Assembly: GCA_002269645.1 (NCBI GenBank)
Contig: NIVC01004588.1
Coordinates: forward strand, 1-32,626
From: Macrostomum lignano
Taxonomy: Eukaryota
Length of the DNA: 32,626 nucleotides
Reading direction: 5' to 3'
Position 1 is the stretch's first letter. Each line of letters opens with the position of its first letter. Positions 23,726 through 32,626 of the stretch are shown here, piece after piece. The translations under genes were made by a program, and so were the position numbers. The notes beneath the pieces are model-generated. The model was not told where the DNA came from, did not search any database, and saw nothing but the letters and a program-made list of their open reading frames with translations.

Positions 23726-24210
23726 AGCCAATTCGAAAAGATGAAGCGCCTGGCGATAGAAGGAAACTACACCGAGCTGCAGCTGGTGGTCACTCGAGTT
23801 AATTGTGACCTGCCAGATGAAACGGGTCGTACTGTGCTCTCCTGGGCAGCTGAATCCGACATCAAACCGTTAGAAAAAAAGCAACAAACGCTACACGCCT
23901 TAATTCAAGTCGGCGATCCGACGGCAGCGGATGTGAACGGCGAAACCAGCTTGCACTTTGCCGCACTGCGCAGTAAGATGCACGCGGTCAAGCTTCTGGT
24001 TGAGGAGGGCGTGCCGGTCAACATAAGCGACTCGGAAGGCCAGACGCCAGTGATGTGGGCGGCAACATCGCCAAGCCAGGTTGCTAGCACAGTTCTCACC
24101 ATGGTGAGCATGGGTGCCGACTGCACAATGGTAGACAGCGAGGGCAGGACGGCGCTAGTGCTGTCTAAGAGCAGCGCTTTGAACCCGGCACTGTCTACAC
24201 TGATGCAGAC
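23726..24210 (+). CDS. Ankyrin-repeat exon 2 (~4 repeats); phase-2 donor; 5' boundary uncertain
   Basis: DETGRTVLSWAA, DVNGETSLHFAALRSKMHAVKLLVEEGVPVNIS, DSEGQTPVMWAA..MGADCTMV, DSEGRTALVLSK. Donor CAG AC|GTACGT at 24210/24211. Candidate phase-0 acceptor caccaacag|AGC at 23725; in-frame ATG at 23741. Confidence 0.82.
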
Positions 24211-24289
24211 GTACGTTAATTGCCTGCGAACAGTAACATATGCCTAGAGTGACTCTGGTTTAATTTAATTCCGAATGCGCCTTTTGCAG

Positions 24290-24427
24290 AGCCAGCGGCG
24301 TCTCTCCGGACTCCTCAATAACGGAGAGAGACGCAAAAACGACTGCTGGCATGAGAAAGACTGAATCGCAGTTGTCCCTAACAGAGCGCATTCGCAATTG
24401 GAATTGGAGGAGCAACAGCAGCAAAAG
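24290..24427 (+). CDS. Symmetric (phase 2-2) 138-nt linker exon of the ankyrin-caspase
   Basis: Acceptor ccttttgcag|A, donor AAAG|GTTAGT, length 46 codons, open in the required frame (ASGVSPDSSITERDAKTTAGMRKTESQLSLTERIRNWNWRSNSSK). Not in the supplied ORF track. Confidence 0.75.
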
Positions 24428-25129
24428 GTTAGTCACCGTATTGGCATCTTTTTGAAAAAAAACTTTATTTCTTATTTTTAAACTCATGACTCGAAACGAA
24501 ACTATTGAGTTGTATTGACACAAAAAGTGGTTGGGGAGGTTGTCGTACGATTTACTCCTACTACATGTATAAGGGCCAACCCCAAGACAAAGTGTACGTA
24601 CATGCCTGGCGATTAGAAAGGTAAAGGGCCACTCTACACCCTGCGTGAGCACCTACTCACAGCACAGCCTGTCTATTAGTAAAAACCCTGTCTGCCAGCA
24701 TGAGGGTCTAGCTGAATAGTTGTTCGGTGCCGTGTTACGGGAATTCCGCCATGTACTTTTGCAATAGTAGGTTGCTTTCCATGCAGTGTCCCGATCGATC
24801 TATCGATTATGCGGTTGATTTTTACCAGCTCCGCAAAATTCTAGATTAGACATTACTGATTAGGCCATCTGATTAACTATGCCAAAAAAGTAGAAAGTAA
24901 AACTATTTTGTTGTTAAACGAGGTTGCTAGGAGATCCACCAGGAGACTCTAGGTCGGGCCAGCATAATATAGGTTGGACCTTGTGGAGCTGGGTGTTCCA
25001 ACTGCTAGAGCTTGAGTCTCGTTAATCAGGCAGCCTGAGCGAGCACCCATCAGACAGGGTCAACACTCTGAGGATCCGTCCAGGACACACAAGCACCATC
25101 AAGGTTGACAAAACGATTTTATATTGCAG

Positions 25130-25880
25130 ATCAAGTGGAGTTGAAGACGCACTTCGATACAATCATTTGGCGTCATCTGGACTGTTTCAAGTTTTCAACA
25201 TTTGCGATTACGAGGACAAAAGTAGATACGATCTACGCGTAGGATCTAGCAGCGACGTAAATGCTCTACGCAAGATGGCGACCGAGCTGAGTTGTGAAAT
25301 CGAAGTATTTGAGAATCAAGGACACAAGGAGATGAAGAAGCAGCTTAAAACGCTGGCAAAAGACAGCATGAGACTTGAAAAGCATGGCTGGCTGATATGC
25401 GTGATTATGGCCCATGGAAACAACGGAAAAATTGTAGTACCGGACGGAAAGGAACTGCAAATCAAGGAAATTGTAGACCAGTTCAACTCCTACCATTGCT
25501 CAGCACTACAACACAAACCAAAGGTGTTCATCATCCAAGCGTGTCGTGGAGAACGGATGGACGTTCAACGACCCACAGACTCTGGGCCCAGCGGTGACAG
25601 AAGTTCGTACAGCCCAGTCGAGAGCGACATCCTGATCTTCTACTCAGCCACCGAAGGATACGCTTCGTACCGGGGCAACACCGAGGAGGAAGTTTCGCCA
25701 TTCATACAGACTCTGTGCAAGGTAATTACGGAGTACCACCGCACTGAGCACCTGGCCGACATGCTCACCATTGTGAACCGGCGACTCAAGGAGACTCCGA
25801 TTGAAAGTGCGCAAGGTGTTGTTGCTTGCTATGCAGTGCCGCAGATTGTGTCCCAGCTGTCCAAGAAGCTGTACTTATGA
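25130..25880 (+). CDS. Caspase (peptidase C14A) p20+p10 catalytic exon, final exon of an ankyrin-caspase
   Basis: Acceptor ttttatattgcag|A in phase 2; no ATG before the domain. RVGSSSD, ICVIMAHG, KPKVFIIQACRG, ESDILIFYSAT.GYASYR, SPFIQTLC, HLADMLTIVN and PQIVSQLSKKLYL are all present. Confidence 0.95.
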
Positions 25881-26029
25881 AACGCGAAACGTGTCATACC
25901 GAAATCATGGACTTGCAATTTTTTGCATGTCGCAATTTCGCCTCCCTGAAATGAGACCCCCTACAGATGCGACTTCGGATCCACTGTTTCGAATGAAAAA
26001 ATTCTGACTGATTATAAGGCTCATGAGGA

Positions 26030-27875
26030 ATCGCTGAGATTTCAAGGCTCGATCATCTGGGGATTGCTAAGATTTCAATGCTCATGGGGAATTGCTGAGA
26101 TGCCAAAGCTCATGGGGGAATCGCCAAGATTTCAAGGCTCATGGGGGAATTGCTGAGATGCCAAGGCTCATGGGGGAATTGCCGAGATTTCAAGGCTCAT
26201 CGGGGAATGGCTGAGATTTCAAGTCTCATGGGGGAATTGCCGAGATTTCAAAGCTCATCGGGGAATGGCTGAGATTTCAAGTCTCATGGGGGAATTGCCG
26301 AGATTTCAAGGCTCATCGGGGAATGGCTGAGATTTCAAGGCTCATGGGGGAATTGCTGAGATGCCAAGGCTCATGGGGGAATTGCTGAGATGCCAAGGCT
26401 CATGGGGGAATTGCTGAGATGCCAAGGCTCATGGGGGAATTGCTGAGATGCCAAGGCTCATGGGGGAATTGCTGAGATGCCAAGGCTCATGGGGGAATTG
26501 CTAAGATGCCAAGGCTCATGGGGGAATTGCTGAGATGCCAAGGCTCATGGGGAATTGCTGAGATGCCAAGGCTCATGGGGGAATTGCTGAGATGCCAAGG
26601 CTCATGGGGAATTGCTGAGATGCCAAGGCTCATTGGGGAATGGCTGAAATTTCAAGTCTCATGGGGGAATTGCCGAGATTTCAAGGCTCATCGGGGAATT
26701 GCTGAGATGCCAAGGCTCATGGGGGAATTGCTGAGATGCCAAGGCTCATGGGGGAATTGCTGAGATGCCAAGGCTCATGGGGGAATTGCTGAGATGCCAA
26801 GGCTCATGGGGAATTGCTGAGATGCCAAGGCTCATGGGGGAATTGCTAAGATGCCAAGGCTCATGGGGAATTGCTGAGATTTCAAGGCTCATGGGGGAAT
26901 TGCTGAGATGCCAAGGCTCATGGGGAATTGCTGAGATTTCAAGGCTCATGGGGGAATTGCTGAGATTTCAAGGCTCATGGGGGAATCGCCGAGATTTCAA
27001 GGCTCATGGGGGAATCGCCAAGATTTCAAGGCTCATGGGGGAATCGCCAAGATTTCAAGGCTCATGGGGGAATCGCCAAGATTTCAAGGCTCATTGGGGA
27101 ATGGCTGAGATTTCAAGGCTCATTGGGAATGGCTGAGATTTCAAGTATCATGGGGGAATTGCCGAGATTTCAAGGCTCATGGGGGAATTGCTGAGATGCC
27201 AAGGCTCATGGGGGAATTGCTGAGATGCCAAGGCTCATGGGGGAATTGCTGAGATGCCAAGGCTCATGGGAGAATTGCTGAGATGCCAAGGCTCATGGGG
27301 GAATTGCTGAGATGCCAAGGCTCATGGGGGAATAGCTGAGATTTCAAGGCTCATAGGGGAATAGCTGAGATTTCAAGGCTCATAGGGGAATTGCTGAGAT
27401 GCCAAGGCTCATAGGGGAATAGCTGAGATTTCAAGGCTCATAGGGGAATAGCTGAGATTTCAAGGCTCATGGGGGAATAGCTAAGATTTCAAGTCTCATG
27501 GGGGAATCGCTGAGATTTCAAGGCTCATGGGGGAATAGCTGAGCTTTCAAGGCTCATGGGGGAATAGCTGAGCTTTCAAGGCTCATAGGGGAATAGCTGA
27601 GATTTCAAGGCTCATGGGGGAATCGCTGAGATTTCAAGGCTCATGGGGGAATCGCTGAGATTTCAAGGCTCATGGGGGAATAGCTGAGCTTTCAAGGCTC
27701 ATGGGGGAATAGCTGAGCTTTCAAGGCTCATGGGGAATAGCTGAGCTTTCAAGGCTCATAGGGGAATTGCTGAGATGCCAAGGCTCATGGGGGAATTGCT
27801 GAGATGCCAAGGCTCATGGGGGAATTGCTGAGATGCCAAGGCTCATGGGGGAATCGCCGAGATTTCAAGGCTCAT
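26030..27875. repeat. 29-bp minisatellite (gctgagatgccaaggctcatgggggaatt), largest array in the window
   Basis: About 63 copies with zones of variants (atgcc/atttc, aattg/aatag/aatcg). Confidence 0.97.
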
Positions 27876-28654
27876 GGTGAGATTTGGGATGAGATTTGAG
27901 ATTTGAATGGCTGAGAAAGGCTGAGCATGGGAAGGCATGATGAAAGTTCCTTAGAGCCTCATATTTTACCTGTAAAAATAACTGTTTCCTAACGGGAGTG
28001 TGTTCCACAAGTCCTACCCATTTTGGGTATTTATTGATCAACAAAACAGAAGCAGACACTTTCACCGTAAAACATATGGAACACCCCTCGTACTTAAGCA
28101 TGATATTATCTCGTAGTTAAGTAATGGACAGTTTTATTTAATAAATATACCAGTAAACGTGAGTTTGTTATGCCTAAAGTAAAAATAATTAATTGATGTC
28201 TAAATAGATGAATACATTTTTGACTAACTTATCCTAAAATTGTTGTTCTGCATATTTGTAACAGGGTAACGACTTTGTTATATCTGCATACGAGCGTACG
28301 AGAGACAGGTAATTTACATGTAAGACAAGCAAAATTCCTCAATTTAAACTGATGTATTAATAACATTTAAGTTGGTAACTTGTACTAATTTATTTATTGA
28401 AAAACTCTCACGAAAATTTTACCCCATTATCTTTATAGCATAATGACATGACTATGACATGGCTGAATAAATGTAACAATGATGTAACAAAATGTAACAA
28501 AACTGTGCAGTTTCGAAAATCCCAATACAGTACTGTACTAAACCATAAAAATTTATTACATAAAGCGACGATTTCAGTTATTAGTTTTAGCAGCATGAAA
28601 CTTAAGGTTGTAGGGTGTTATACAAGTGGTAACAAAGTTTTTATTAATATCTAG

Positions 28655-29150
28655 AGGAGAGAAGAGGAGGGAGAGGAGAGGAGAGAAGAGAGTAAAAGAG
28701 ATAGAGGAAAGAGGAGAGGAGGGGGAGAGGAGAGGGGAAAGAGAGGAGAAGAGAAGAGAGGAAAGAGGAGAGAAGAGAGGAGAAAAAGGAGAGGAGAGTG
28801 GAGAGAGAGAGGGGGAGGAGAGAGAGGAGAGTGGAGAGGTGAGAAGAGAAGAGAGGAGAGCGAAGAGAGGAGAGGGAAAGAGAAAGCAAAAAGGAGGAGA
28901 GGAGAGAGAGAGAGGAGAGAAGAGGACAGAGGAGAGAAGAGAGTAAAAGAGATAGAGGAAAGAGGAGAGGAGGGGGAGAGGAGAGGGAGAGAGGAGAGAA
29001 GAGAGGAGAGGAGAGAGGAGAGGAGAGAAGAGAGGAGAGTGGAGAAGTGAGAAGAGAAGAGAGGAAGAGAAGAGCGAATAGAGAGGAGAGCGAAGAGAGA
29101 GGAGAGGAGAGAGAGGAAAGAGGAGAAGAGAGAGGAGAGGAAATTAGAGA
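28655..29150. repeat. Polypurine (GA-rich) low-complexity tract with an internal ~260-bp duplication
   Basis: Almost only A/G on the + strand; agagtaaaagagatagaggaaagagga recurs at ~28688 and ~28939. Confidence 0.9.
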
Positions 29151-30689
29151 GAAAGGCTGAAAAGGCTGCCAGTCTCAGGCGTGTCGGATTGGTATTGTTA
29201 AGTTTCAAAGGACCCGAGGGCCGGATGGAGGTTTGATCCAAAATAGAACTGTTAGAAGGAGAAACTAAGAAAACACATTGCAAATAAATTTAGTAATGGA
29301 TGGCTCTCAACTATAAGCAATATATAGATGCAGCTCTGTTGGGTTTTTTGTGCATAAAATATATATTTATATTCCAATGTTGTTGCTTGCTGCAAGGTCA
29401 AGGTCAAGACAATGCGTTGCAAAAATCAATAATAATAATAGTAATAATAATAACAATAATACATTAAATTATATAATACAAAGACAAAGGAACTTAACGC
29501 ATTCACAGAGCATACAGGAGAATAGCAAAATGACAACGACTTCCAGGTTTGATAAAAACAGTTTCTTTTGTTATTATATAACTGAAGTTAAATCGGGACT
29601 GATGCTTTTTTGTCTACAAAAACCTAAACGGAGCATTACTAACTACACAGGTACTATTTAAAGGTGTAATCATTTTTTTTACACTTGAGCGCGCAGGTTA
29701 GGGTACTATAGTATTACACCACACACTGCAGCCCAAATTAATAGATGGGAAATATTATAAAGCACTGGCTGTACTTGTTAAGTAAGTTACTAAAGTGGCA
29801 AAAAGTGTACAGCAGGAAATACGCAAGCAGATCGTCTCTAAAATTATAGTTTTAATCTTTTATTAGTTCATGCACGCGCAGACAGAATCTGTTAGCATAT
29901 GTTTCTTTTTGCATACCTGAAATTGCATCGCAGGCATCATTCATAACGATCCGGGAAACTGAGAACCAACTTTATAAGCGACTGACACAACTGTACAGAG
30001 GAGATGTAAGTCTATTATATAAAAAGTACAGCATGTACTACAACACCTGCGCAAATTTAAATTAAATTATCTCACTTTAAGGACGAAACAAAAACACTTT
30101 TTCAGTTTTTTAAGAGAAAAAAATTAACAAAAATACTCGTCACATGCCTACTAATAGAAGTAGTGCAGTTAGGTTGAGCCACCCGACTGTTAAATCTGAG
30201 TAAAGAAAGAGCGATAAATTTTCAATCCGTATAACAAAAATTACACGAATTCAGTTGAAGCACGCAGAAACAATGCAAAAAAGAGGCAAATTAATCAGAT
30301 TCACCTGTTGCCACCGAACCTGACTTTTTATTATCACACTATGCAGTACTCGTATGTAGTTATAGTAAATTACATTATTATACACAAAGATATGCTCAAA
30401 TCACTACTAACTAATCAGTAGGAACCAAATGGTCGAATTAGTTAAAATAATGCGAATGTTTCAAGCTACGATAAATTAGGAGACAGTGCTCAGTTTAGCT
30501 CTCATTACTAATTAAAGATGTTTTAATAATATTTTATTAGGCGCCACGGTTTTTATACTTTGATTTGGCGCCAATTCTAAAGTTTTTTTATTTGCCCACT
30601 GCTAAAGATTTAGCTTTGGCGCCAATTCAAAGATTGTGAGTTGGCGATTCTGGCGATTTTTATTTAGCACCAATACTAGAGATTGTGAT

Positions 30690-31205
30690 TTGGCGCCAAT
30701 TCCAGAGATTGTGATTATGGTGATTATGTGATTCTTTTTAAGTGATTCTGTGACTCTGGAATCTCTATTCCAGAGATTTTGATTTGGCGCCAATTCCAGA
30801 GATTTTGATTTGGCGCCAATTCCAGAGATTTTGATTTGGCGCCAATTCCAGAGATTGTGATTTGGCGCCAATTGCAGAGATTTTGATTTGGCGCAATTCC
30901 AGAGATTTTGATTTGGCGCCAACTCCAGAGATTTTGATTTGGCGCCAATTCCAGAGATTTTGATTCGGCGCCAATTCCAGAGATTTTGATTTGGCGCCAA
31001 CTCCAGAGATTTTGATTTGGCGCCAATCCAGAGATTTTGATTTGGCGCCAACTCCAGAGATTTTGATTTGGCGCAATTCCAGAGATTTTGATTCGGCGCC
31101 AATTCCAGAGATTTTGATTCGGCGCCAATTGCAGAGATTTTGATTTGGCGCCAATTCCAGAGATTTTTGATTTGGCGTCTATTCCAGAGATTTTGATTTG
31201 GCGCT
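30690..31205. repeat. 25-bp minisatellite (tttgatttggcgccaattccagaga)
   Basis: About 20 copies; palindromic core TTGGCGCCAA. Confidence 0.95.
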
Positions 31206-31415
31206 AATGCAGTATTACGATTTGCATCAGTAAAAATGAGCACGAGTCCAATAATGTAAAACTACTCTACAAACTAAACTAAATGGAAGCCAGTATTTTA
31301 TCTAAAATGAATGTAACCAGATTAACCTTCACGCACCTTTAAAGCTAGTCTCGCAGAATCTACTTTCAGTTGGCAATTTAAAAAAAGTCCAATATATTTA
31401 AAGTTCAACTCGTCG

Positions 31416-32115
31416 CTACTTGAATTCGGCAGAAGATGGAGCCGCGACACTGGAAGTGAGTTCAGCCTCTTCAATGCCAACATTACTACTACTGGTAGTA
31501 GCGTGAGTAGCATTTCCAACCGTATTGTCACTGGCCAGCTTCTCTTGTTGCTGATCGTACAACGAAGTTGACGACGATGATCGAGTCGAAGAATTCGACG
31601 AAGTTGACGATGAGATCAACTCCGGCGAGTTGCACGGCACTCGTTCATCTTCGTCGCGACTATCAACAAAGTCTTCAGTATGATTATTGCTACCGCTGTT
31701 ATTGTTGTCCAGGTTGTCATTGTCGGCGGCGGCGGCTGACAGGCGGTAGTGATCCAGCCATTGGCACAGCAGCTGGTGCACCAGCGGGTGCGGCCGGCCG
31801 CAGCCCAGCCTGACGCGGCACATCAGCTGCTGGCCGCCGACTCCGCACCTGACGCAGTCGAGCCAGTCGGCTAGGAGAGACTCTCGCCTATTGGCCTCGT
31901 CGGCGGCTAGAAAGTGCACAGGTAGGCGGACGCCGTACCGATCGCACAACGGCAACAGGCCGTAGGCGTTCCCGCCGCTCAGGCCGACAATATCCGGCCT
32001 ACGCGACGGCGATTGCAACGGCATCAAAGCTGAGAAATGATTCTTAGTGTAGGCCAGGCACAACGGATTCCGGGAGCAGAATGCGCGTTCCCATAGCAAC
32101 GCGCAGGTAGACACC
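31416..32115 (-). CDS. ZRANB1: Terminal exon of the OTU deubiquitinase ZRANB1/TRABID; the rest of the gene lies beyond the window
   Basis: LLWERAFCSRNPLCLAYTKNHFSAL..LLPLCD..LPVHFL..LLADWLDC..HPLVHQLLCQWLDHYR matches TRABID (LLWEQSFCWKSPIALGYTRGHFSAL..YLPLVD..LHVHFL..LLREWLDC..HPLVTQMVEKWLDRYR). Catalytic His motif HFSAL is present. Acceptor cctctcag|GGT at 32116/32115. Confidence 0.9.
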
Positions 32116-32189
32116 CTGAGAGGAATGTTTTTGGTTTTGTTTAAACCCTTCTCGATATGTTACCGAAAAAATATTATTGATTAATCTAT

Positions 32190-32626
32190 AAGCTTAAACC
32201 GATATGTATCGAAACAACATTTGAAATCATCGATAAACTTAAGCCGATATGTATCGAAATAATATTATTGTCATTTATAAACCTACACGATATGTAACGA
32301 AACAAGACTATTAATTCAGCTATGAACCTACACCGATATGTAACGAAATAATAATATTAAATCAGCTATGAACCTACACCGATATGTATCGAAACAATAC
32401 TATTAATTCAGCTATGAAACTACACCGATATGTATCGAAACAATACTATTAATTCAGCTATGAACCTACACCGATATGTATCGAAACAATACTATTAATT
32501 CAGCTATGAACCTACACCGATATGTATCGAAACAATACTATTAACTAAGCTATGAACCTACACCGATATGTATCGAAACAATACTATTAAATCAGCTATG
32601 AATCTTCGACGATATGTATCGAAAAG
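32190..32626. repeat. 46-bp minisatellite (tatgaacctacaccgatatgtatcgaaacaatactattaattcagc) in a ZRANB1 intron
   Basis: About 9 copies, running off the window end. Confidence 0.93.

Noticed and set aside
26030-27875. CRISPR-like appearance of 29-bp repeats
   Set aside because: Units are head-to-tail with no unique spacers, there are no cas genes, and the context is eukaryotic.
29160-29260. Possible further minus-strand ZRANB1 exon after acceptor ttctaacag at 29249
   Set aside because: No homology, and the OTU exon already ends in a stop at 31416.
28626-29283. E/R-rich and S/L-rich ORFs
   Set aside because: Low-complexity GA tract.
30602-31243. ELAPNQNLWNWRQIKISG repeat ORFs
   Set aside because: 25-bp minisatellite translation.

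Overview
Eukaryotic (animal) genomic DNA. GC-rich exons sit among AT-rich spacers, and about 10 kb (~30%) of the window is tandem minisatellite, mostly filling introns. This style suggests a free-living flatworm such as Macrostomum (inference only). Five intron-containing genes are supported by GT..AG junctions whose phases I checked by hand. (1) A minus-strand R3H-domain RNA-binding protein (ARPP21/R3HDM/Encore-like; ~1-2534) with several frame breaks. (2) CEP104 (+, 5 exons, 10089-15462), ending right after its TOG domain. (3) COQ4 (+, 3 exons, 17695-19945), with no ATG in front of its mitochondrial presequence. (4) A caspase with intact HG and QACRG catalytic motifs whose exon is phase-linked through a symmetric linker exon to ankyrin-repeat exons instead of CARD/DED; it has two paralogous ANK exons and two duplicated start micro-exons (+, 20787-25880). 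(5) The last exon of the OTU deubiquitinase ZRANB1/TRABID (-, 31416-32115). The best candidate for a novel system is the ankyrin-prodomain caspase with possibly interchangeable N-terminal modules. Most long ORFs in the supplied track are translations of repeats. All homology calls are from recalled sequence motifs, not database searches.
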